Under the pieces are notes generated by a model that was not told the origin of the DNA, did not search any database, and saw only the letters and a list, made by a program, of their open reading frames with translations. DNA of 55,274 bases, the filler included, from Sphacelaria rigidula (taxonomy: Eukaryota): assembly GCA_964200075.2 (NCBI GenBank). It is 5 parts of 5 records of this genome, joined end to end, with 100 filler letters (N's around TTAATTAATTAA, not from the genome) between each part and the next. Parts side by side here need not be neighbours in the genome. Positions count along the whole stretch, not along the records: positions 22,152 to 33,126 come from CAXNAA020005597.1; positions 33,227 to 44,200 come from CAXNAA020005598.1; 3 more parts are not named here. One strand, 5' to 3'. Positions within the stretch are counted from its first letter, which is position 1, and each line of letters begins with the position of its first letter. Made by a program: the position numbers and the translations under genes. Below, in pieces: positions 23,145 through 34,146 of the stretch.

Positions 23145-23392
23145 CAGGGAGGGATACGTGACACGTGAACGTGACGTGAATCACGTTCGTAAAATTTAAC
23201 GTAACGTGACACGTGACGCTTGTCACGTTTGGGAAATGTAACGTTACGTGAACGTGCCATCTGGAAATTTTACGTAACGTGAACGTGACGTTAAGCGCGT
23301 TGAAAATATTTAACGTGAACGTAACGTGACGCCCAAAACGTAACGTTCACGTCACGTGTCACGCTGTGTCACGTGTTACGTATCCCTCTCTG
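23145..23392. mobile_element. hAT-like MITE (248 bp) packed with ACGT motifs
   Basis: TIR CAGGGAGGGATACGT...ACGTATCCCTCTCTG; 8-bp flanks GAAATAAT/GACATAAT; about 25 ACGT cores inside. Confidence 0.85.
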
Positions 23393-23912
23393 GACATAAT
23401 GTTTGAGGTAGCTCATGAGCTGTCCGACGTGTGGATTGCGATCAATCAAGTCAATTTCACGTGCAGATCCGATTATATCTGGTAGCTCAATGACTTGGAA
23501 TTACAGTGGCGCACCGCACCCTCCAGCTGAAATACAAATTTGAAGTGTGGTTCCATTCTTGAGAGTTAAGATACCTCTCGGCCTCCTCAAAACTAACTCC
23601 CTTCCCTTCTCAAAATTAGCTCATCTCGGGTATGGTCACAATAATCTCGAATGAAAAACTTAATCAGAGATGATACTGACCGAGTGCTGGGCTCAAATTG
23701 GCAATTGGCATACCGAGAGTATTTGACGACAGTCGACGCGCTGCAAGATTCCTGATCTGATCCGCGATAGCAAAGTGCATGGCGTGTACCGGACGGGGGG
23801 GGGGGGGGGGTGCTGATGTGGTGCTGGCCTTTGTCGTTTGCCCATTGGCCACGCATCCCCCCCGNNNNNNNNNNGTGGGGGGGTGGGGCGGTGGGTGGGC
23901 GTCTACACTAGG

Positions 23913-23972
23913 TACTCATTTGTTGCTTGCCTTTGTCGTTTGACCATTGACCACGCATCCCTTCCGAGACGG
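23913..23972 (+). repeat. High-copy ~65-bp dispersed repeat, usually preceded by a G-run
   Basis: Consensus ACTCATTTGTTGCTTGCCTTAGTCGTTTGACCATTGACCACGCATCCCTTTCGAGACGG; copies near 23826, 23913, 32960, 33313, 34703, 52768 (+) and 38988-39050 (-). Confidence 0.85.
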
Positions 23973-24515
23973 AGGAAACGTATACCAGGGAAGAGACGGG
24001 TTGACCCCTTGAGACCACGGACTTGTCCCCAAGAAGGGTTACAAGTGTGATGGAAAAAAAAGAAGAAAACAAAACTCCGCATGCCGGGGTCTGAGACCTG
24101 AAGCTTCCCTCTGGCGGTGATGGAAAATAACGAAGAATTTTACTCGATTGATGGATTGATTGATTGTCGTACTTTAACTGATCCCCCAGGGATCCAGCGG
24201 CTGTCACATGATAGTCACATGATAGACATACCCGAGACTGAAACAAGACTGGAAAAATATGTACTTGAAGAGGTGGAAATCAGTTTGTACAGGCACCAAT
24301 AATGCATCCGCGTGAGTTGTGTCCTCGTGTGTACGCACCTGAAATGTTGTTTTGGCGGAGAATCCGCGGGTACTTGGGCCGGGCGTTGATACACGAGTTT
24401 TTAGTTTTTGTTGTTGCGGTTTTGACGTTTTGAATTCTTGGTCACGTTTGCGCTGTTCTTATTCTCTTCTGCTTTTGTCCTATTTTTATTTTTTTCCCTA
24501 TTTTTGCGCGATCAG

Positions 24516-27500
24516 GAAGTACGGGAGGCACGTTTATCTGCTGACCGATTGTGCGAAGCGGGTTGAGGGCGTCGAGCAGCTGGAAGATGTCGTGGGCATG
24601 TACAAGAAGCTCGAATGCAAGTTTCATTTCGTTAGCTTCGGCTCTGCGACCGTCAAGACTGAGGTATTTATTTTTCTATCCACGCGGATTTCATGATTCT
24701 TCGATCATGGATTTTGACCGACTCAGCGATCAATCGTTTTGTCTCACATTCACTAATCGATATACGAGTGCAGTCGTGCGATGACATGGTGGACGGCGCA
24801 CTGTACCCAAGGCGACTGAACGGAAACTTCTTGGTTACGGCTTCCGAGTTCGCTCTGTGCGTTCCTCACTCTAGTGTCGGGTGTGTCGCGGTGTATTCGT
24901 TATGGTCTGCGCTTTTATGAGGTCAAAAGCGCCGGAAAAAAACACTCGATCTGCGAGGTTCGTGATTTTTTTTTTAGGGGGGGTGCGCGCGCGCGCGTGT
25001 ATGTGTGCTACCTCACTATGGCGATGTTTTACTTGATGCGTTGTGGTGACGTTTCGTATCGTGCCGAATGTGGTCCTTTATGTCCCCTTCACATTAACTT
25101 TTTGATTCAGATCCGCGGTAGAAAGATAGCGCACACGCACCGCTGAAGGGAGGGGAATATCGAAAAGTACAAGGGCAGGTCGAGTAGAGTATACTCCATT
25201 GCGGGGTATTTTGAAAGACGTACTTGGGGTACTCAAATTAGGGTAGAGTGTGGGGAGTAGTACCCCAAACATGACTGGAAATCAATCCCTAATGCCCTAC
25301 CCCCAATTCGTGTACTTCAAGTACGACTTTCGAAGTACCCCGCAATGAGTATACTCTGACCTGCCCTTGGAAAAGTACTACCGGGCTTAGTGAGTATGTC
25401 TTTCTAATGACAGGTTTCACCACGGTCTATGCTGTCGCATCGATTTGCTGAGCGTGCGGGAGTCGTCTCTGGCTGCTCTGTATTTAGATTGCCGGGAAGG
25501 GCTCCACCACGTGTTCATGACAGGATTCTCTGCGCAGTATGACTTGTGCAATACGCTGAAAGCTTAGTGAGGAAGAATTTGATCCATCGCACGTGCCGAC
25601 ATTATGGTAGGGCGGTGCTACCGCAGGAGCGGCGGCGGGTGCGGGAGAAGACGCTGTGGTGCAGGAACAAAACCAGAAGATGTTGGCTAGCGTCGCTGCC
25701 GTGTTAGGAGGGATGGTCATGGAAGCGTCGACTGTGGTGGACGTCATTGGAGCGTCTTATGTCAAAGTCGCCAAGCCTGATCTTGTGAGTTGTTGGTTCA
25801 TGACTGCGCGAAACATACTATTCGGTTACCGTCTGAAATAATGGAAGAAGCAGAAGTTGCATGGTAAACTAATAGTATTGCCATTTTTTTATCCGGTTTT
25901 ACAGTGAATTTCTGCTCACCTATTTTGTAGAAATTGTTGGTGCTCATCACCCTTTTTCGGGTTCAGAGTTTCGTGTCGTATTTTTCTGTGCTAGTATGTA
26001 CTGTACTTCAATTTACACAGATGGCCAGCACGGATATCACACGCTGCATATTGTGGCGACACAACAACACCAGTACAATAGCACGATGTATTACCCGAGA
26101 AGTCAGGATAGGGTGATAGCGTCAAGTGTAGCACGGGTAGGGAGCCCTTTTCATCGGTCAAGGGTACAATTTACTGTCACAATATAGGTCAGATCAATCG
26201 TACGGTGCCGTTTTGCGTATGCTCTTTTAGTACAATACTCCCTATATTCCTGTCTTTCGCGGCTGGCTGTCCCTCGTATCCCTCCTGTTGTGCCTGCCCT
26301 GTATAGCGGTAGCGAGGGTTGCTCCCGCTGCGTTGGGCATGAGCGTTTGCGTCCATCTTCACGGCAGTTCAGATGTCTCGCACATGACCAAACGGTATTT
26401 GCGTTTTTCATCACACGCCGCACCGCAGTTATTATTTCAGTATCGATGATTATTTCTTGATTATGTTTTTTCTCGCCTCCCAAGACTTGGAGAACCCTGT
26501 ATGCCATCGATTCAGTTGCATCGCTCGCCGTGCTTTTGGATTTCGGTGTTGTGGTGATGATTTCTTGTTCGTCATCCTCTGGCGGTTCATCACTTGGACG
26601 GATGATCACCTTCGTCGGTCGCTTCGTGTGCCTGCGCTGTTTTGGTCATGTTTCTTTTTTCGCCCTACTTGAAACATCCCCCCCCGCCCTCTTGGTAGGG
26701 ATGCGAGGTCAATGGTCTTATGACTATGGCGTGCATGGTCATGAGTACACCTCCCCCCCCGCCCTCCATCACCCCACTTCTCGTGATGAGTTGGCAAGCT
26801 GAGGGGATCGACCCATCTCTGCCTCGGTACATGCTCGCGTGACGATTCCTGTCGAGTGTCGTATCAGCAATGCTTTCTTGTTGAACTTATTTTTTGCTTT
26901 TGTCGAGTTCCTGCTGACGTATGTTTCCATGCTTTTTGGTGGCGGGAAAAAACAACGAATTGACAGCTACAATCGGTATCCAAACCCACTAATCCGGCCG
27001 CACTGGCTGACGATGTACGTTACCACTTCGAATAGCGGCTTGCAAGTAGGCAGTAGGCAATATGTGTGGATTGTGCCTGTGATGTGTTGCGTTTGATTTC
27101 GTCGCAGTTTTACACCAGAAGGCCATTTATTCAGTCACCTCGCATGCATGGTTTGTCTGTGGAATGTTGGGTGTTGTGGTGGCAATCCTCCGCGTATTTC
27201 CTTGGAGTTCAACACTTGAAAGCGTATGTTCGGTCTGATCGCTCCGTGCGGTCGAGGTGCCCCGGGTGGTAACCGAGTGGATCCACGCGTAGATCTACAC
27301 CCATCCTGCAGAATGTATTGGTGTGTGCGGCACGGTTAAGAAATAAGGTAGCGTCGAACGCCGTTATATGGGTAATGTTCCCTCAAGATGGAAAAACATT
27401 ATGTGCTACTACATGGTCTTGTTTCATCGGCGCATATGTGCCCCCCCGTCTTCGTCTGGTATATTATTTGTGGTCGTCAATCACAGAAGAAATGTACGGC

Positions 27501-30500
27501 GAGGGACGTGTAGGATACTAATAGGAGCATCTCTCCCCCCAAGAAAGGATGGCGTTTCCGTGTTTTGCTCTCCATCACATTCGATTTCAACGCACAAGCG
27601 ATGTCCCGTTAGCCTTAACAGTAGAAAGACTCACCACACGTGCGCTCCACGTGTTTACGGTGCGTGTGTGCATATAGCGAACAGGGAACAATCTACGCAG
27701 TCTCTACGAGTATACCACTTTTTTTGTCATGGGAACAAATTCCTGCCTGCCCACTCGTGAGATTTTGAACAGAGGATTATGCCGTGAATTTTTCTCGTTT
27801 TCCTGAGATGGTGATGGTCGCTTGCGCATGGTTGGAAGAGAATCCAACGTGTGCGTGGAGGGTACTAGTGTAAGATTCGGTAACGGCCTTGCGTGTTTGT
27901 TCCTGTCTTCTCATCTCTCTGTTTTCCGTCATGAGTTTGAAGAGTTCTCTCGTGTGACTAACTCCGTGAGTTTCCCGGTGTCGCCGTTAGCCTCTGTGGT
28001 TTGTCCCAACCTGGGATGCGCGATTACGTTTTTTTTTTTTAGTTTTCAGAGTTGGGAGCACCCCCTAAGGTTCGGTACCGAAATGCGTTCTTACCACCAC
28101 GAAGGGGAAACGTGCGTTCCCACGGGGGTTCCTCTAGCTTCGGACTGTGGGTCTGATCAGGAGGGTCGATGTGACGATTGAAAAACGAAAAATGTACGTA
28201 TACAGATAAAAAAAACAATTATAAAAAAAACGATTGTTTTACTCGTGTGTGTGTCTGTGTGTCTGTGTGTCTGTGTGTCTGTGTGTCTGTGTGTCTCGTC
28301 TGTCCGTTCGATGCATTTTTTTTTTTTCTACTTCCGTTGCCATTCTTGGTCTTACAGAAAAAGATCGATCTGTGCGTGGGGACGAAGCTGACCATCCACT
28401 GCAGGTACAGTGCAGTATGCAGTCACGGGCGTACGAGGTGCGATAAACTTGGTTGCCGTCGGGGGCGTGACTACCGATTCGCTGACCTTCACCGCCCGTT
28501 TTTTTCGTCTCGTTTCCCCCCTCTTATTTCGCTATTTTCTTCGAGCCTGTCTCGTTAACCCTTGTACCGCGATGCGGGTAGTACATCTGGATTACGCATA
28601 CTTTTTTCAGGTGAAATTGATTCCGATTCAGCAGGTGACCTGCCCTCGCGATCGAAGGGTTGAGGGTATCGTTTGCGAGACTGTTTCCCCGACTTTACAG
28701 ACCTTTCCCGAAAAATAACGAGTTGATTTCCGACCTCTCCAAAAAAACAAAATGCTACCAGAAAAAAAAAACCCCGCTAGATTTACGGAATAATCTGTAG
28801 TCAGCCTTGAACTGATCTATTGCATGACCTGGTTCAAGAATTCTGCTCTCACATTTTTTCAAGAGGCATTTTTTCTCTCTGAAAAAGTCGGATATATCGC
28901 GTGGTTAAAATGTGTCGTCAGTTATACCCCTTAGTGTTCATGTTCCTTTCCTCCCTGCCTGATTGTGCGGCCTTCCAATATTAGCCGGATCGCAACCTGC
29001 TTCGACGACCCTTACGTTAATCCTCCTTCATCTTCCCTACAGCCCTGACTGGTCGGTCGTTTCCTTTTTGTTTTTTTTCCGGGATCGACACTCGCTGTTA
29101 ACCTCGTGTTCCATGTCATTTATTGTGGTCGTGTTTTCTTTTTCCTTTTCCTTGTCCTCCAATTCACTCCTCTTCTCTAATTCCCTTTTTTTAGAGGGTG
29201 ATCCCGTTTTCTCATATTGGGTACGTCGATCTCCTGACCAAGGCTGGGCTCCTGGCGGGTGAGGCAATGCCCGACAGTCTATGAGACCATTATATACAGA
29301 TTGACTCAACGCACCAAAGTACGGTGACCAGAAGATAACCATGCGATTTTTATCGTCTTGGTTGGATTTTTCAAATTTTATTTTGGGTATTTTTGGTTGG
29401 CTGCGCGTGTCGAGTGGGAGGGATGGGCTTTATCTCGGATAGTCCGAATGGTCACCAGGAGCATCTGATCTCGTTCGTAGGGTTGTCATTACTATTTCTT
29501 CTTTTCATTGTATCGCGTCAGTGTTGATTGATTTTTAGGGGTCCTATCCCCGTGATTCGTCACGATTTTGCTGCATATCGAACCAACGGCATAAACGAGA
29601 ATCAACAAATACGACTCGATACTGTACAGTGTCCTTGCCCGCCACCTCCACCCCACCCCTCTTGTCGTCTTCGTTCCCCCTTCCCCCCTTCTCTTTTCTC
29701 TCAAGCTTGATTCATTGTTGATCTGTTGATTCATCGATTCATTGATTCCTTTATTGACTACTGTTGAGTGGATATAAACTGATTCGCTGGGAGTCCAGCC
29801 GCGCGTGGGTACGAGACACCGAAGACCTGGTGTACCCAAGGTGAACATACGGAGACAGAAACGCTGGCTAATGAAAGGGTAAACTCGAGAGAAAAAAAGG
29901 GATGCAAAAAAGAAACAAGTTCAGGGGGAGAGCAAGCAGAATTACAACTCATATTTTGCGTTGTGTTCGAATCTCTCCGAAGGTACTTCAAGAAGACGGA
30001 CACCTCTCTCAAAGAATCACTGAAGAAGGAGTCCATTCCGGCCGCAGAAGCTTGGAAAAAGGCTACCGCCGCCGGAGGTCCTCCCATGATCAGGTCCCCC
30101 AACGACGGCAAAGTTCGCATCGATCGAGTTTACAGGGATCCAGGTGTGACGTTTTGTTTTCTTTTGTTGTTTTCGGCCCCGATTGGATGAAACCAAATAC
30201 AAAATCAGCCCCCAGCGATTTCGTCGAAATGATGAAAGATTTGATGGTTGTATCGCACGAAGATTTGGATGAAATTTACACACCCTGGACAATATATTAC
30301 ATTGCCAAAAAATGTACTGCGTACAGTATCGACTACTGCGTCTGTTGCAATATACAAAATATCCTGTACTGTACGCAGTACATTTTTGACATTGTAATCT
30401 ATTGTCTAGGGTGTGGAAATTTACACTGACCGATGTTGTAGGGATCTATCGGGGTAAATGGATGGTGCATTATTTTTTTTGTCGACGGAAACCGGCCAGG

Positions 30501-31792
30501 GCTCTGAATTTTCCCCGAAAGTTCGGTTCATGCTCGGAGATTTCCAAGAGATGCTTTCTGATAGCGGAGAAGTTGACCGAAAAACGGGAGATGTGTTCCC
30601 GAACACTTGTCGCTTGAGACAAATGACGAAGAAATGATCTAATCGTGGTCTTGATTGAAAACAAATATAAAAAACTCCAACACTGCTTCACGTGTGGGGC
30701 ATGACATTCTCAACATTAGATCTACAGTAATGTACAGGGGTATCTTTTTCACCGCGCCCTAAGGCGCGGTTGCACTGTTGGAGGTGGCTGGCCCAGGTGT
30801 GGAGTGGAAAACGAAGCAGCAAATGTCGAATCGCAAAACGTAGCAGAGACGTTTACGGGACAATTTGGGGCTTCACATCTATGACACTCGCGGTAGCATT
30901 TGTAGACGTCCTGGTGAGGTTTTATTCTCGGACAATTCCCCCCCTCCTTTTTTTTTCAACTGGTGCTAGCAGACAGGGTTACAATTATCCAGGTTTTTCG
31001 TCTGAGCTGTGTAAACGTAGGTTGTGGTATTGCGCGGGCTGTACACGCTATTTTCTTGACCGGTACTTCGTGGAACTTGCGAAGCAATACCCACACTTGT
31101 CTACCCTCTGCGTTGGTTACTTCTTCGGATGTAACGAAGCACGGGGTACCAGTATCAAATTGAAAGTTCGAAGGGATCTAGGAAGGTTCTACTTTCTGAC
31201 TCTTGTCGGAAAATTTTCGCAAATGATGTTCGTTCGCTGTTTTTGTGGGGTTTTCTCATGAAGAGTACACCCACGAGATATGTAGGGTTTTGCAGAGATG
31301 TGCAGACCATGTCTACATAGATGGCGGTCGTTTTGACTCAGTTTCGTTGATGCAAAGCGAGCAAAGCTAGCTGGTTGCACGATGGGCAATAATACATGCT
31401 GGTGTATTGAAGAGTGATTCTTTTTTTGGATCAAGAATTGGTCGCGCTACCAGAGAGCAAGTAGGCTGCTGTTCAAAACGTTTATTTTCTTCTTGTCTGT
31501 TGACGATTTGTGACGGTTGGTCTCGCGTCGTCAGGGTTCTGGACTGTCATTTTTGTTGCTGTTGTTTTGTTGAGATTATCTTCCCACGCCGTTGCCTTTT
31601 GTGCGTCCCCTTACCCGAAGCTCTGGCAAGGGCCGATGGGTTTCTTCTTGGGAGCTGTCCTCGATCTTAGCCTTGGCGCCGTTCTTGTTTTTTTTTTTTC
31701 TTGCCTTTTTGTCCTCTTTTTTCGTTTTTCTACTCGGCTGTTCTCCTTTCTTTCTCCTTCTTTATCCCTTGTCTCGGCTTTTCCTCTAGCAA

Positions 31793-31824
<32 letters not shown>

Positions 31825-32901
31825 CTTCACATTCAAAAGCCGTTCCGATATCTGCGTGGTACATTCGTACTGAACATCTGATGCGGACGCCTTCCGTGGC
31901 CACAGGCTAGCTACCTATAATAAGGTATGGAGACATCAAGCAAAATAAAAATACACCATAACAAGTGTTTCCTATTATTCACGTTGGGCCCGGCATCTGT
32001 TGTAACCACGGCTAGGATCGTAGCGGATTGGTGCTGGCATGCGTGACGATGGATCGAAGAAGTCAGTGAAGCAATCAGTCCAATCGTAGGTGCCGTCGGC
32101 CTTGTTGCGATTGCATATATATATGCCCATCCATGCGTACAGCGCCCAAGTTATAGGCCGTGACTTTGTCGAGACCCAACAAAAAAGAAGCGGGAAAAGG
32201 AGCAGACGTCCAGAAACAGCACCTTCATTAATCGTCAGGCGGGTTTATGGTTGCGGCGACTGTTTGACATGATGCTTTTGGACACATGTTTCCTTTTCCC
32301 GCTTCTTATTTTTTTGGTCTCGATAAGAAACGGCCTCAAGGACGATTGATATAATTTTCCCAAAGAGGTTCTTGGGTTGGGTGAATGCTTGAGCGAATCA
32401 CGCGATTCCCCGCTTTTTGCTGGATTGATATTTCGTGCAATCCTGACTTGATACTGAAGATTTTCCGAAATGCCCGTTATAAGTATATGCCATTATCAGC
32501 GGGAATGCATTATATATTATGCAAGCGTACACGCATCATACGCGTGTAAATATGAGCACGAGAATGTTGTTTTTTAACTGATCAGTAGAATGCGTAGATT
32601 CTTTCAATCGTACTATTAATAAATATACTCCGCCATGAATTTGTAAGAAAATAAAAAGGTTTCGTCTCCGCTATTTGCTTTTAGTAACAAGCGAAAGAAG
32701 AGTCCGCAGTAAGTAGCGTGTGTTTCGGTAATAAGCGACGTACGTATTTTGAACATCCTTGTTCCGCCGCGTTTGGCGTGCTCTCTCTCTCTCTCTCTTC
32801 CCCTCCCTCCCTCTCTCCTTTTTTTTCTTCTTGTGAAAACAGACATGCCGGAGGTGGAAATCGACTACGAGAATCATGCTAAGGGCTTCCGCTACGGCCA
32901 G
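24516..32901 (+). CDS. KU80: Ku80 (ATP-dependent DNA helicase II subunit 2 / NHEJ end-binding protein), partial: five internal exons
   Basis: Exons 24516-24663, 25611-25784, 28358-28404, 29983-30143 and 32843-32901 all have AG/GT sites and join in phase (0,0,2,1). They give KYGRHVYLLTD (vWA strand)...DLCVGTKLTIHCRYFKKT...SLKK...VRIDRVYRDPDMPEVEIDYENHAKGFRYGQ, matching the Ku80 vWA-to-beta-barrel region (KGxRYG motif). The 5' and 3' exons were not found in this contig. Confidence 0.88.
25170..25369. mobile_element. 200-bp MITE with perfect 8-bp TSD GAAAAGTA (in a Ku80 intron)
   Basis: TIR CAAGGGCAGGTC...AGAGTATACTC / GAGTATACTCTGACCTGCCCTTG; TSD at 25162-25169 and 25370-25377. Confidence 0.92.
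28244..28296 (+). repeat. (GT)n/(GTGTGTCT)n microsatellite
   Basis: Seen directly. Confidence 0.9.
28559..28659. mobile_element. piggyBac-like MITE (~101 bp)
   Basis: TTAA|CCCTT...AAGGG|TTGA; related copies at 45995-46091 (ending GGG|TTAA) and about 48493-48592, and a partial copy near 45478. Confidence 0.7.
30279..30415. mobile_element. 137-bp MITE with perfect 8-bp TSD GAAATTTA (in a Ku80 intron)
   Basis: Same family and length as 20271-20407; TSD at 30271-30278 and 30416-30423. Confidence 0.92.
31793..31823 (+). repeat. (GTT)n microsatellite
   Basis: Seen directly. Confidence 0.9.
32156..32335. mobile_element. Tourist-like MITE, second copy
   Basis: GGCCG...CGGCC termini; shares core ggcgggt-tatggttgcggcgactg with 18511-18683. 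Confidence 0.75.
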
Positions 32902-33126
32902 GTAAAAGCACCACCGCGCACGATTGACAGACGGGGGGGAGGAGAGCGCGTAATCATACGTCGCTCGCCTTAGTCGTTTGACCATCGATTACTCATGCCT
33001 TTGGAGACGAAACATGGTGGCGGGGGGCAGGGGGGGAGAGGGGGGGGGTGTACTCATGATCATGCATGCCATATTCTTAAGACCATCGACCTCGCATCCC
33101 TACAAAGTCGGGACGGAGCACGCCGG

Positions 33127-33226
33127 NNNNNNNNNNNNNNNNNNNNNNNNNNNNNNNNNNNNNNNNNNNNTTAATTAATTAANNNNNNNNNNNNNNNNNN
33201 NNNNNNNNNNNNNNNNNNNNNNNNNN
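33127..33226. other. Artificial contig-joining spacer
   Basis: Same N44-TTAATTAATTAA-N44 structure. Confidence 0.97.
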
Positions 33227-33694
33227 TGTTTTTGCGATTTTGTGTATATGTTTCTTAAACGTAGCTTGACTTTGGTCAGGGGTGGTTGCTGGGGGGAGAG
33301 TAGTGGGGGGCGTACTCATTTGTTGCTTGCCTTAGTCGTCTGACCATTGACCACGCATCCCTTTCCAGACGGAGCACTATGGGTGTCGGGGGGGAGTATG
33401 GAAGCTCGGCGAAGGAAGACTCGCCTGGGGGTCATCATCAATGTACTACACACGTACCGTTCACACCTACCCGCAAGGACGTCAGATGTGGGACTAGAAT
33501 GATCCGACCCGACCGAAACCTTTGATTCAAGTATTCGCGCTGTGACCGCACGAAGACTCGCAGCTGCATCCCCGCACTCCGCTACGATGCTCGATTCACC
33601 TTCACACTTGAGGATCGGGTTAACGTATTTTTTCATTCGTATACAGCTTTCGATGCATGCCCGTTTTCTCTTCTTTTTCCACATTTTCCACACC

Positions 33695-33998
33695 TTTCAA
33701 CCCTCCCCTTTCTCGGAACGACTTCGTGGTCTCAAGAGATCAACCGATGCCCCCCCCCGAGACACGCCTTACATTTTGGTAGTCCGGATTGAATCATGAC
33801 CAGCACTCTCGCACCGCATCGGTTCGCGCCAAAATAAACTTATTTTTGCTACTCACGTTCTCTCGCGTTTTCCATGACAGAAATAAGATACTTTTCAGAG
33901 AAAACAGAACGAAACAGCTGCATCTGCCGGACATTTAACCAGTATACCAGTATTTTCCCGACTTAATGGTATGAGCGGTACCATGACACAACCGGGGC
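33695..33998 (-). mobile_element. SINE family 1, diverged copy
   Basis: Matches 16120-16391 (cgtggtctcaag-gatcaacc...acacgcctt...ttttggt...actcacgttctc) and ends at ccggggc. Confidence 0.7.
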
Positions 33999-34146
33999 TC
34001 GGCGGCTATCGGGAATGAGCACAACAGTCTGATGAGAACGAAAGTGTTTTCCCCCAAAGGACGGAAGCGGGAGCGGGGGCGGCGGCGGCGGCGGGGGGGT
34101 TACGTGTGTGTGGGGTTTCTGGCGATACATACTCTGTGTCGCTCAC

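Noticed and set aside
23145..23392. CRISPR-like or iteron array
   Set aside because: The units are 5-6-bp motifs without unique spacers, bounded by TIRs and a TSD; there are no cas genes and the context is eukaryotic.
26151..26609. 152-aa antisense ORF in a Ku80 intron; similar ORFs at 18740-19303, 29037-29342 and 30770-31261
   Set aside because: No identifiable domain; they partly overlap repeats and are probably TE debris or chance ORFs.
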